Under the pieces are notes generated by a model. The model saw only the letters and a list, made by a program, of their open reading frames with translations. It was not told the DNA's origin and made no database searches. Of a DNA stretch of 64,000 bases, positions 30,337-39,940 are shown one piece after another; the first letter of the stretch is position 1; each line of letters opens with the position of its first letter. The translations under genes and the position numbers were made by a program. Source of the stretch: Candidatus Micrarchaeota archaeon (GTDB taxonomy: Archaea > Micrarchaeota > Micrarchaeia > Anstonellales > Bilamarchaeaceae); NCBI GenBank assembly GCA_038046765.1, contig JBBSVN010000001.1, forward strand, positions 18,108-82,107, given 5' to 3'.

Positions 30337-30957
30337 ATGCAGAAAGCAATGGCTGAGTTTATTGGTATTTTACTTGGTGATGGGTCTATAGGTATTTACA
30401 AATCCAAAATTAAGAATAAAATAAAAACGTTGTACCGAATAAAAATTACTCTCAATTCAAAAGATGACCTGGATTATTCTGAATATGTTCGTAACCTTAT
30501 AAAAAAATTATTTAAATTAGAAACCATAGTCAAAAAAAGAAAAGATGAAAATGCCTTAGATATATTTATTTTCAAGAAAGAAATTATTATTCTTTTGTTA
30601 AACTTAGGGATGGAATTAGCTCCTAAATGGAATCGGGCAAAGGTGCCAAGATACTTCCTAGCAAAAAATTTAATTTCAGATGTTCTTAGAGGATATGTAG
30701 ATACAGATGGTTGTATTAAACTTGCTCAAAATAATGGGACCTTGTACCCTCGAATAGAAATGAAAATTTCTCCAGCACCAATGCAAAAGCAATTAATTGA
30801 TGGTTTATTTGAATTAGGGTTTGAACCAAAAATTTATCAAATAGGTAAGGGAAAGGTAAGCGTATCCTTGCATGGAAAACGTAATCTTAAAATGTGGGGC
30901 GAGAAAATTGGTTTTTCCAACCGAAAAAATATTCTTAGATATAATAAGTTTAATTAA
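30337..30957 (+). CDS. Free-standing LAGLIDADG homing-endonuclease-like protein
   Basis: Two motifs AEFIGILLGDGSI and VLRGYVDTDGCI; IGFSN.K end; no intein splicing residues. Confidence 0.85.
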   Translation: MQKAMAEFIGILLGDGSIGIYKSKIKNKIKTLYRIKITLNSKDDLDYSEYVRNLIKKLFKLETIVKKRKDENALDIFIFKKEIIILLLNLGMELAPKWNRAKVPRYFLAKNLISDVLRGYVDTDGCIKLAQNNGTLYPRIEMKISPAPMQKQLIDGLFELGFEPKIYQIGKGKVSVSLHGKRNLKMWGEKIGFSNRKNILRYNKFN

Positions 30958-31017
30958 AATAAAAAATCCAACAAAAAGCACAAGAGCGTTTGTTATCTTT
31001 TTTGTTGAAACAAAAAA

Positions 31018-31172
31018 TAGCGGGAAGTGGAATACCAACCATAAACCAAAGCTGTGGTTTAAAATTTTTGAACCAATGATCTCCGGGTTATGAGCTTCGC
31101 CTCGAAATTTTTATACTATAAGAAATATAAAAATTAAGATCCGGCGGGTACTCCAGGCTACCCTATCCCGCT
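31018..31172 (-). tRNA. tRNA-Met(CAT), initiator type, with two introns (31096-31140 and 31032-31066)
   Basis: Spliced 75 nt: AGCGGGA TA GGGT AGCCTGGAGT ACCC G CCGGG CTCATAA CCCGG AGATC ATTGG TTCAAAT CCACT TCCCGCT A; A1-U72 and three G-C anticodon-stem pairs; no encoded CCA; TTTATAAA ~30 nt upstream. Confidence 0.92.
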
Positions 31173-31223
31173 ATTCGTAGAATAAAGATGTGTCTAACTA
31201 TTTATAAATATAGATGACTCGTT

Positions 31224-31982
31224 TTAGCCGCTACTTTGATTTATCGTTATGTTTCCGCCAACGTTGACCACTGCGCTTGTATTTGCGCTACTATTAACTG
31301 ATACGTTTGCTTGCGGGAGGGTATAACTTTTTGGATAAAATTTAACTGTACTTACAAATTGCTTAGCAGTTGCATCAGCCATATCTGGGTTAGTAGAATA
31401 AATCCGAACTCCATACAATGCCTGATTTTCCGCTGGGACTATACTCATTGCTATTCCGAAATACTTTACATTTTTTCTTAATGCAATAAATTTCATGAAC
31501 GCGCCCTTTGCTGTGCCTACATTTATTGCAGAAATATCGCTCATATTAGTTGCAAAATGCAATATTCCTAAAGGATCAGTTTCTGCTTCCGCCTCGCTTT
31601 GAAGGTTTGTCCCTGCAAAATCATAAGGATCTATCTGGCTTACGTTCTCTAAATTTCCTGTGTAAAAGTAAGTTACTAAAAGATAGGTATCATCTGGGCC
31701 GCTAAATAATACCGAAGCGTAACCATTACTACTATTATATCCATTTAATCTTTCTTCCCAGTCAAAATTTGCTGGATACTGGAATGTAAATAATAATTTG
31801 CTATAATTTTTAGTTTCGTTAAACGTTATCTCGTTTTGCGTTATCGGAGGAGTAACTGTACTGTTAAATGGAGGTATCTTGGTGGTATTTTGGTCGCTTG
31901 ATTTTCCTAATAATTGTAAGCACCCGCTTAATAATAATGAAATAATTAAAATTCCTATAAAAATTCTACTTACCTGTTTCAT
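31224..31982 (-). CDS. Lipoprotein (possibly PsbP-like fold)
   Basis: LSGC lipobox; FTFQYPANFDW; FVSTVKF. Confidence 0.65.
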   Translation of the reverse strand: MKQVSRIFIGILIISLLLSGCLQLLGKSSDQNTTKIPPFNSTVTPPITQNEITFNETKNYSKLLFTFQYPANFDWEERLNGYNSSNGYASVLFSGPDDTYLLVTYFYTGNLENVSQIDPYDFAGTNLQSEAEAETDPLGILHFATNMSDISAINVGTAKGAFMKFIALRKNVKYFGIAMSIVPAENQALYGVRIYSTNPDMADATAKQFVSTVKFYPKSYTLPQANVSVNSSANTSAVVNVGGNITINQSSG

Positions 31983-32000
31983 AGTTTTGCCTCATCTATC

Positions 32001-32897
32001 TTATTTTGTTAAAATTCTTACGCCATTTTCTTCTACAAGTATAGTGTGTTCAAACTGTGCCACAAGTCCGCCCCCTGTTTCTTTTAAGACTGGGTATCCT
32101 CGAACTACCTGCATTGAAAGTAATTCTTTTAGTGCTGATGTGACAAGAAGTTTTGAAGAAAATTCTTTTCTTACCCATCGCTCTGCAAATGGTAGTGTTG
32201 TGTAATTATCTTTTACAAAATTAAGTATTTGCCTGGATTGCCTCATTCTGACGGGGTTATCCGACACAATGCTAAATATTTCTACCTGTTCGGCATCTTC
32301 AACATATCCTTTGCCATTTGTAGTAAATGGCTCTATTGCAAATATTTCGCCTTCCTTTAACTTGTACTTTTCACCGGTTTTTACATTTGGTATGTTGACT
32401 CCGGCGTGTAAATCTCCAGTTGATATGCTATGCCCGCTTAGGTTTGAAATTGGTTTAACCCCAAAGCTTCGAATTTTTTCCTCTATTATTTCGCCAATTT
32501 GCCCGTTTGTTACTCCTGCTTTTGCGAATTTTAGCGCAGCATCTAAGGCCTCGCGTGAAGCGTTAATCAAATTTTCGTTTTTGCCGCTTAAATCTATTGT
32601 GTAAGCAGTATCTCCTATTGCGCCATCAACCGATACTCCAATATCAATTTTTACCATGTCGTTTTCATCAAGGGCTAGAGTACAATCAAATTCTGGTGTG
32701 TAATGCGCTGCGATGTTGTTTATACTTATATTAACAGGAAATCCTGGTTTAGCCCCTTCTTCAAGAATCATTGATTCGATGTTCTCAGCTATTTCGAGTA
32801 AAGGTTCGCCCACCATTATTAGTTTTTTACTATCTTCGCGTATTTTGCCTGCTATTTTTCCAGCTTGTATAAAGTTTTCTAGTTCGGTGCTATCCAT
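32001..32897 (-). CDS. map: Methionine aminopeptidase type II
   Basis: FPVNISINNIAAHYTP, KIDIG...GDTA, NLSGH, AIEPF, QFEHT. Confidence 0.97.
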   Translation of the reverse strand: MDSTELENFIQAGKIAGKIREDSKKLIMVGEPLLEIAENIESMILEEGAKPGFPVNISINNIAAHYTPEFDCTLALDENDMVKIDIGVSVDGAIGDTAYTIDLSGKNENLINASREALDAALKFAKAGVTNGQIGEIIEEKIRSFGVKPISNLSGHSISTGDLHAGVNIPNVKTGEKYKLKEGEIFAIEPFTTNGKGYVEDAEQVEIFSIVSDNPVRMRQSRQILNFVKDNYTTLPFAERWVRKEFSSKLLVTSALKELLSMQVVRGYPVLKETGGGLVAQFEHTILVEENGVRILTK

Positions 32898-32985
32898 AAA
32901 AATACCTGTTAGTAATAAGCTAAGGTTTTATTTAAAATACTGCTTTTACTATCTATTTAAATACTTGTTCTACCACAACATAGGT

Positions 32986-33468
32986 ATGAATAAAACTAGA
33001 AAATCAGTAATTGCAGCTTCGATCGTAATTAGTGCAGTCGGTTTAAACGTGGCAGATTGGAAACAAAAGCAACCTCAAAATGAACAAAACAGAAAACCCA
33101 CGACTATAGTTAATCTTAGGTCAGAGCTAATTGATAGCGAGCAAATTTTTAGGGAATTGAATTACTTACAAATGAATCCGGTGCCCATGGGTGAACGTGC
33201 GGAAAGATCCCTTTTGTTAAGAAATAAAGTTCTAGAGAAGGTTAGGGAATTTGAATCAGAAATTAGCAAAGCACGTACACCTAGAGAACTAAAAATAATC
33301 GTAACTGAGATAAACTCATTTTTGGAAGAATTTGGTGCAATAAGTCCATCTGAGTTAAAACGAGGACGCCCTATGTTTAATGAACTTTTAGAAATGGCAA
33401 AGAAAAAGGGGGAAAATTTAGTTGCAACTAAGTTTAATTTGTTAGATAGTCTAGGAATTCATCCATAA
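32986..33468 (+). CDS. Hypothetical protein with N-terminal signal/anchor
   Basis: ATG 32986 ~25 nt after TATTTAAATA; MNKTRKSVIAASIVISAVGL. Confidence 0.6.
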   Translation: MNKTRKSVIAASIVISAVGLNVADWKQKQPQNEQNRKPTTIVNLRSELIDSEQIFRELNYLQMNPVPMGERAERSLLLRNKVLEKVREFESEISKARTPRELKIIVTEINSFLEEFGAISPSELKRGRPMFNELLEMAKKKGENLVATKFNLLDSLGIHP

Positions 33469-33469
33469 T

Positions 33470-34954
33470 CTATTTTTTCTTATCTTCAATACTTGGAATT
33501 TCTTTTGCAAGAGCAACGGTCTCAAATTCAGGTATAAGTTGTAAAGTTCTTAAAATCTCAAATCTTGGGTCAGACCTCACTCTTTTAACATATTCGTTGT
33601 TAGGGTCTGCTTTTTTCAATTCTCTAAACTTAGTCCATAAAAGAGCAGTCGCTCGCATACCTCTTCTTTGTGATTCTGTTGAGTTTGCATTACCTGTTAC
33701 AAATGCATTTTGTGAATTTGTTATGTCTCCTCCCCAAGCGTGTGTTTTATCTCCTGTTAATATCGCCATCAGACCGCGCGACATGCCGCCTGGAGGGTAA
33801 TAACTTGAGTCTTTTTTGAAAATTTGGTCTAACTGTTTGGTAAATTCATCAAAACCAGTACCATTAATTTTAAGGTAATTTTCTTCGCCATTTGGAAGAT
33901 GTGCAAAAAATAGATACAGAAGTTGGTTATATACATAAACTTTTTCAGATGCAGCAGTATTGTATCCCTTACTCTTGGCAATTTCGATTGAAGTAACCTG
34001 CGCGTATCCTTCTTTTAATGGATAAAGTATATTACTTTGGTCAAAATGATGTAATTGTTCATGAACAGATGCAACATATATCGTGCCATCATCAGGTTTA
34101 GCTTTAACCATTGATTCTAAATTAAAGAGCACATTGCCGCTATGTCTATGATATATTCCAAATGCCAGACCAGGAATATAATCGACATTATCAAATGGTT
34201 GTGGTTCTCGTGCACCGCCATCGGTCCCAGTTTGTTTTACTTCTGATTTTTCAGGGATATCAACTGGTACCTGGACATTTACGCTAGCTCCGTTTCCGAA
34301 TCTTCTTAAGAGATTAGCTGGGATGTTTGTGCGATTACCATAATATTCTCTAACTGCTGCAACTGCACTATCTTTATAATCTATAAGTTCTTTTTTTACT
34401 TTTGTGTGCTGGGTACCTAATATTTTTGCATTTTCAATAAAATGAATTACTTCGGGGCGTTTAAGAAGAAGATCTACAACAGAAGAAAATTCAGGTAGTT
34501 TATCTGTCTGTTTTTCTTTAACAATTTCTTTTTTCCCTTCTTCGGATTTTTGTTCCTCTTTCACTAGCTTTATTGGTTTAGTCATCTTTGCCAAATATCT
34601 GCTTGCTTCATAGTAATGCTCTTTTTGATCTCCCGTTCTACCAGCTAGTTCGTAAGCTATTTCTTCTGTTGCTTTAGTGATAATTTTTCCTTTTTTCCTC
34701 TCCGCTGCAATTTCTATTTCGATAGCTTTTACTGGACTTTGCTCGGCAAGTTTGGAAAATAATGTTGCCTTTAATCTTCCGGTACCTCCGCTAGAATTAG
34801 TAAGAATCGCGTCAACTTCCTTTGAATTGTTTAATACTAAATTTCTATTAAGATAAAACTCAAAAACAGATTCAGTTTTTTTACCTAGTTTCCTGTTTTT
34901 TATATCTTCACGCGCGTCAAATTCTTTTGGTGCTCCAGTTGTCATTTCTGCCAT
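33470..34954 (-). CDS. Putative zinc metalloprotease (HExxH...EG)
   Basis: VHEQLHH...LKEGYAQ; N-terminal domain similar to 39940-41220. Confidence 0.65.
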   Translation of the reverse strand: MAEMTTGAPKEFDAREDIKNRKLGKKTESVFEFYLNRNLVLNNSKEVDAILTNSSGGTGRLKATLFSKLAEQSPVKAIEIEIAAERKKGKIITKATEEIAYELAGRTGDQKEHYYEASRYLAKMTKPIKLVKEEQKSEEGKKEIVKEKQTDKLPEFSSVVDLLLKRPEVIHFIENAKILGTQHTKVKKELIDYKDSAVAAVREYYGNRTNIPANLLRRFGNGASVNVQVPVDIPEKSEVKQTGTDGGAREPQPFDNVDYIPGLAFGIYHRHSGNVLFNLESMVKAKPDDGTIYVASVHEQLHHFDQSNILYPLKEGYAQVTSIEIAKSKGYNTAASEKVYVYNQLLYLFFAHLPNGEENYLKINGTGFDEFTKQLDQIFKKDSSYYPPGGMSRGLMAILTGDKTHAWGGDITNSQNAFVTGNANSTESQRRGMRATALLWTKFRELKKADPNNEYVKRVRSDPRFEILRTLQLIPEFETVALAKEIPSIEDKKK

Positions 34955-35138
34955 ACAATAATATGAGATTAACTTAATTAAAAAAGCTACGTGCCAATGG
35001 CTAAGAACTAAAGGCAACTAAATAGGTACCTTGGCTTAACCGTATATTAAGTTTATTTTAATGTAAAACAATGGTTTATAAATACTTCGATGCACATTGT
35101 ATTTACTAATAATTACAACATTTAGAGGCGTTAATTTT

Positions 35139-36014
35139 ATGAGCACAACAATTCAACAACCAACTCAAAGAATAAGAGGCCCAAAGTTAGAAGTGTTCAT
35201 ATCAAGATTATATGGTCTTCCTTTTGATGAAGAATTAGCTAGAGCAGATAAAGATAATAGAGTTATTGTTTCTAGTAAAAGACTAAGTTCAGCCCTAATT
35301 GGAAGCGATGAATGGAAAGCAATCAAAAAAGCTTTTGCTTGCTGGTCTGGAACTATGACTGCTTATGTTGAACCAAATGTAGAACTTGGGCAAGCTGCTA
35401 GAAGACTTAGCGATCTTGGAGATTTTCCTAAGTTAAGTAAAAATCAGTACGAACATGCTATTGTTTATACTGACCCCCAAACAGGAAATGATTGGATCTT
35501 TCCAATTCCAGAAAAATATTTAAGAGTAAAAAATGGAATTTTAGTTATTGAGCACCCTGATTATGGTTTAGATAGAGAAGGAACAAATAGATTAGTTTTA
35601 CCAGTATCAGTTGAAAGAGTTGATTTAGTTGAAGGTTTTCCAGTTCGAAATGGTTGGTATTTACCAGATGCGATTCATGGAATACCTCAAACAAGTCAAG
35701 TAGATTATTCAACTAAAGCTAGACACTTGTGGAGAGTTGATAAAAGAGTTGGTCCGGTTAGGCTCGGCTACGACGACATGGGCGGCATCGACGACATTAA
35801 CGGGCGGTATGTCGACTTTGACGATAGGCCGTCCAATGGTTACGGGCTGGTAACAGAGGCCAGCGAAGCTGGCACGCCGGCTACAAAAGACGAAATTAAA
35901 ACTAGTAGACAATCTAGCGTCATTCAGTTAAATGAAGGAGACTCCGAATTAATAATTCGAGGAAGCGATGCAAAAATTGAAGCAGCTTTAAGACTTTTAG
36001 AAAGTTTGAGATAA
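35139..36014 (+). CDS. Orphan protein with putative DGR-variable domain
   Basis: Shares NGWY..D..HGIP...ARHLWR....VGP...G with the kinase C-terminus. Confidence 0.7.
   Translation: MSTTIQQPTQRIRGPKLEVFISRLYGLPFDEELARADKDNRVIVSSKRLSSALIGSDEWKAIKKAFACWSGTMTAYVEPNVELGQAARRLSDLGDFPKLSKNQYEHAIVYTDPQTGNDWIFPIPEKYLRVKNGILVIEHPDYGLDREGTNRLVLPVSVERVDLVEGFPVRNGWYLPDAIHGIPQTSQVDYSTKARHLWRVDKRVGPVRLGYDDMGGIDDINGRYVDFDDRPSNGYGLVTEASEAGTPATKDEIKTSRQSSVIQLNEGDSELIIRGSDAKIEAALRLLESLR
35748..35873 (+). other. Putative DGR variable region plus GAA-triloop hairpin
   Basis: 60/100 G+C over 35751-35850; NNC/NNT codon run; GCCAGC-GAA-GCTGGC at 35859-35873. Confidence 0.65.
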
Positions 36015-36022
36015 AATTAATT

Positions 36023-36421
36023 TTAAATTTTTCTTAATGTCTCCTCTGGTTTAAGTATTATTATTTCCCTAAATTTCTCTAAGTCCAAGAGATGATGATC
36101 ATACGAAACAATAAAATCAGCATTAGCTTCTACTGCCCCTTCTAAGACTTTGTCATCATCCGAATCTACTTTAATAAATTCTATTTTCTCTTTTGGAAAA
36201 ACTATTATTAAAATCTTTATAAGTTCCTTTATTCTCTCATCCTTCTCTTCTTCATTATGTTCGAAATCTCTTTTTAAAATTTCCCCATATTCTTCCAAGA
36301 TTTCTGGACTTGTAAATCCTTCGATTTGTTTTTCTTGTATTTTAAGAAGTAATTCATAAGCGACGCCCTTAGAGATCGTACCTGAAATTAGTACGTTTGT
36401 ATCAAGAAAAATCTTAGTAGT
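36023..36421 (-). CDS. PIN-family toxin lacking a canonical start codon
   Basis: Frame extends to TTKIFLDTNVLISG...SPEILEEY...DDDKVLE.A....ADFIVSYDHHLL; begins right after the antitoxin TAG. Confidence 0.8.
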   Translation of the reverse strand, partial: TTKIFLDTNVLISGTISKGVAYELLLKIQEKQIEGFTSPEILEEYGEILKRDFEHNEEEKDERIKELIKILIIVFPKEKIEFIKVDSDDDKVLEGAVEANADFIVSYDHHLLDLEKFREIIILKPEETLRKI

Positions 36422-36697
36422 CTAAGGAACGCCGCGCCTCTTGTGAACTATCTTTACTACGTCTTCTTGTTTTATTCCCAAAGATTTGGCTTTTTTACTG
36501 CTCTCTTCTACAAGTTTGTCCCATGAAGATTTAAAATCTTCTTTACTCGGTTTGTAAACTTTTTTTAGCATAATTGTATCTCCTGTACCAAATACTGCGA
36601 ATACTGTACCTTTTCCCGCTTTAATCTCGTTACGAATGTCCAATGGTATTACTATTTGCCCTTTTGATGTCATATGTGTTATTTCGACTTCCGACAT
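36422..36697 (-). CDS. AbrB/MazE/SpoVT antitoxin
   Basis: MTSKGQIVIPLDIR...DTIMLKK; GGTGAT SD. Confidence 0.9.
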   Translation of the reverse strand: MSEVEITHMTSKGQIVIPLDIRNEIKAGKGTVFAVFGTGDTIMLKKVYKPSKEDFKSSWDKLVEESSKKAKSLGIKQEDVVKIVHKRRGVP

Positions 36698-36795
36698 ATT
36701 ATCACCTAGTAGTATATTCTTACTTTCTTACTTTATAAATGTTGTGGCATAATACAATAAGTTCTTTTCTGTTTGAACAAGCTACCTATAATCAT

Positions 36796-39381
36796 TTAAA
36801 TTTTCCAATACTTTTTATTTTTAATAAACATTTTCTGCGAGTTTAGTAAATCAAGATAAAACTGTTCTTCATTTGGGTGTAATTTCTTTAATACGCGCTC
36901 AGCTCCGCCAACTCCAATTCCATAAACTGAAAATGCAATTATCGCCAAAATTCCGTAGTTTCGTATCAATCTGGATTTAGCTAATAAAACTTCTCTTTTT
37001 TCTCCCTCGCGCTCGATCATTGTAAAAGATATTGTATTACATTTTTGACAAATAATTTTTTCTTTGCCTTCCTCTAGATGTCCTCCAATGTGCAGATATC
37101 TTGTAGCACCACAATTCATACATTTAAGCGAAACTGTTTTTTCAATCGTCCTTTCCTTTAATGCCTTTACCATCGCTGCTCTAGGCTCGAAACCCCCTAT
37201 TGCTTCGCCCGAAGATACGCGGTCGATACCAATCTTTCCAAAATAGCTAAAACTTTCGCGTTTGTCAAATATAAATTTAATTTCTTTTTTATCAATTTTG
37301 CTCGCAATTTTTTCTAAACTATCTACATCGAAATATCTGAAAAATGTGCTTCTTAAGGCCTCTTCATAAACTACGCTGTTTTTTAACGCATCAATAAATC
37401 TGTGCGTTACTATCGCATCTTCTTTTAAAAGTCCAAATAGCCGCCCTACATGCGTGAACCTGGATTTTAGAAGCATTGAATTTTCAAGACTAAGTTCTAA
37501 CTGCTTAGTTGGGGATTTTATACTTCGAATCGCATTTTCTAAGTTTTTATTATCTAGTGGAAAAGGAAGCTTTATCATTATTCTATACGCATCAGCTACT
37601 GCTCTTACGCTTTCGCCAATTAATTTGGAAAGATTATACGATATTATTCTTCCAAATGCTTCGTTTATCTTAGTTCCAAAGCAGCAGTGTAAAATTACTG
37701 TTTGGTCAACCACTTCGATTATAATCGTCTGTTGGTCTGCAATAATTTTATCTTTTTTATATGCTTTTCTTAATTCGCCTACTCCCTTAGCTACTTCGTA
37801 GCTTATTGGTATATCCTCGCCCGTCCACTCTGGAATTGCGATATCTAATGCGATACTTGGATCAACTAAAACTTCACTTTCGGTTATATCAATAACCTGC
37901 CATGGTGAACCTTTACATAAAAAGCTCGATCCGTTTTCTATGTTCATAACAAAGTCTTCATCTAAGCTTGCGATTATTGAATTACTTGAAATATTTTTAA
38001 GCAGGTATTTTTTTCCTTTTGGTATTGTTGAAACATTGGTGTAATAATATTCGCGTGCACGCGGAGCATTTTTTATATGCGCATTTTCGCTTTCGCCTTG
38101 GTCATTAGTTATCTGCTCAAAATAAATTATGCCTTCTGCATAAAGTTGCACGGCTATTTTTTTTAATTTTTCAAATTCGATTCCGTACGCGTAAGACCTA
38201 GATAAGATTTCATGTATGCTTTTTAAGTCTGTTTTTCCCCGGTCAAAACAAATTCCTACGATTTGGTGAGCGATTACATCAAGCGCGCCTTTTTCAACAT
38301 TTTTATCTTCAAGATAGGAATTTTCTGATAAAATTTTTATCATCTGTGCTTCAAGATAATCATCTAAATCTGATGTAAAAACTATTCCTTTTGGTATTTT
38401 GTTTAGGCTATGCCCGCTTCTTCCAACTCGCTGTATTAAACGAAAAACTTGGTGCGGTGAGCCGTACTGAACTACTAGATCAATATCTCCAATATCAATA
38501 CCAAGCTCTAATGAACTGGTTGAAACTAGCGAGTGGATCTTACCTTGTTTAAATTGTTCTTCTGCATTTATTCTTACTTCTTTTGAAAGCGAGCCGTGGT
38601 GTATTTCAATCGGTGCTCCAAGTGTTCTTAAACTTGCACTTATTTCTTCAGCAGTACTTCGCGTGTTTGTAAATATTATCGCACGATGATTTTTGGATAA
38701 TTCACTTATTTGGGAAATTCGCTCTTCCTGTTTTGGTATGTGTTTTATTTCGATATGTCTTTCTCGTATCCTATCTACTTCCGCAACAGAGTAGTTCCTA
38801 AATCCAAAAATTAGCCGTGCCGCTTCTTCCTCCTTTGCAACAGTTGCGCTTATTGCAATTCTTTTGAACTGGGCAATTTCTTCTAAGCGTTCTAAACCAA
38901 GCGATAACTGCGCGCCGCGTTTATTATCTAGTATATCATGAACTTCATCAACAATTACAAACTCGATGTTTTTTAGGTGTTCACGCATAACTCGTCCTAA
39001 GAGTAATGCCTGCAAACTTTCAGGAGTTGTAAGAAGTATTTGGGGCGGATTGTTTCGTTGTTTTGTCCGTTCGTACTGAGTCGTATCTCCTGTTCGTACC
39101 TCATGACTTACCTCAAGGCGCTCGCACCACCAGTCAAATCTTTGGTATAAATCGCGATTTAGGCTTCGAAGTGGGGTTATATAAAGTGCTTTTATCCCCT
39201 GTTTTTTATCGCCTATTTTCTCTAGTACTGGTAGTAATGCGCACTCTGTTTTTCCGCTTCCGGTTGGAGCAATTATTATTGTATTTTCTCCAGATAGTAT
39301 TTTGGGGATAGCAATTTTTTGTATGTGCGTCAAATCCCCGAACCGTTCGCGAATCAGTTCTGCAACTGTTGTCATATACAA
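36796..39381 (-). CDS. lhr: Lhr-like DEAD/H helicase with C-terminal Zn-finger/HhH
   Basis: APTGSGKTE, TTPESL, DEVH, HHGSLS, SSLELGIDIG, QRVGRSGH, IPEWTGE, CMNC/CQKC, GIGV. Confidence 0.93.
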   Translation of the reverse strand: MYMTTVAELIRERFGDLTHIQKIAIPKILSGENTIIIAPTGSGKTECALLPVLEKIGDKKQGIKALYITPLRSLNRDLYQRFDWWCERLEVSHEVRTGDTTQYERTKQRNNPPQILLTTPESLQALLLGRVMREHLKNIEFVIVDEVHDILDNKRGAQLSLGLERLEEIAQFKRIAISATVAKEEEAARLIFGFRNYSVAEVDRIRERHIEIKHIPKQEERISQISELSKNHRAIIFTNTRSTAEEISASLRTLGAPIEIHHGSLSKEVRINAEEQFKQGKIHSLVSTSSLELGIDIGDIDLVVQYGSPHQVFRLIQRVGRSGHSLNKIPKGIVFTSDLDDYLEAQMIKILSENSYLEDKNVEKGALDVIAHQIVGICFDRGKTDLKSIHEILSRSYAYGIEFEKLKKIAVQLYAEGIIYFEQITNDQGESENAHIKNAPRAREYYYTNVSTIPKGKKYLLKNISSNSIIASLDEDFVMNIENGSSFLCKGSPWQVIDITESEVLVDPSIALDIAIPEWTGEDIPISYEVAKGVGELRKAYKKDKIIADQQTIIIEVVDQTVILHCCFGTKINEAFGRIISYNLSKLIGESVRAVADAYRIMIKLPFPLDNKNLENAIRSIKSPTKQLELSLENSMLLKSRFTHVGRLFGLLKEDAIVTHRFIDALKNSVVYEEALRSTFFRYFDVDSLEKIASKIDKKEIKFIFDKRESFSYFGKIGIDRVSSGEAIGGFEPRAAMVKALKERTIEKTVSLKCMNCGATRYLHIGGHLEEGKEKIICQKCNTISFTMIEREGEKREVLLAKSRLIRNYGILAIIAFSVYGIGVGGAERVLKKLHPNEEQFYLDLLNSQKMFIKNKKYWKI

Positions 39382-39412
39382 ATAATATATATGTTTTGAG
39401 CTATTAATATTT

Positions 39413-39940
39413 ATGGATGAAATTGAAGTTAAGGTAATTGAAGAAGATTTTACGCTAATTAGAAAGCAACTAATAAAATTAGGTGCTAAGAAAACATTTT
39501 CCGGTAAATTTTCAACTATTTATTTGGACACTTCCGACCTAAAATTTAAAAATGAGAAGAAAGTTTTGCGAGTCCGAGAAGGCAAGAAAAATGTAATTAC
39601 TTTTAAAGAAACAGTTAGCGAGAGTGGCATAAGTATCTATGACGAACTGGAAACCGAGGTTAAAGATACAGAAATTCTTGTTCAAATCCTAAAGCGACTT
39701 GGTTATATTATCTCTGATAAAATAGAAAAAATAAGAGAAATTTACGAGCTAGATGACGCGGAAATTGTTTTTGATAAGCTTCTTGGTAAATACTATTTTG
39801 TTCCAGAGTACATGGAAATCGAAGCATCTAATAAACAGATAATAGAATCATATATATCTAAATTAGGCGTAAAAAGCGAGAACATAAAGTCTATAAATAG
39901 CCACGAACTTATTAATTATTATAAGAAAAAGAATGACTAG
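39413..39940 (+). CDS. CYTH-domain protein (class IV adenylate cyclase/triphosphatase family)
   Basis: EIEVK, LRVR, ELETEV, EKIRE, EIEA. Confidence 0.9.
   Translation: MDEIEVKVIEEDFTLIRKQLIKLGAKKTFSGKFSTIYLDTSDLKFKNEKKVLRVREGKKNVITFKETVSESGISIYDELETEVKDTEILVQILKRLGYIISDKIEKIREIYELDDAEIVFDKLLGKYYFVPEYMEIEASNKQIIESYISKLGVKSENIKSINSHELINYYKKKND

Noticed and set aside
30337..30957. Intein or intron host for the LAGLIDADG ORF
   Set aside because: No Hint motifs (N-terminal Cys/Ser, C-terminal HN) and no interrupted host gene; both tRNA introns are too short to contain it
32713..32985. N-terminal extension of the 32713-33468 ORF
   Set aside because: Overlaps map antisense; ATG 32986 after a TATA box is a better start
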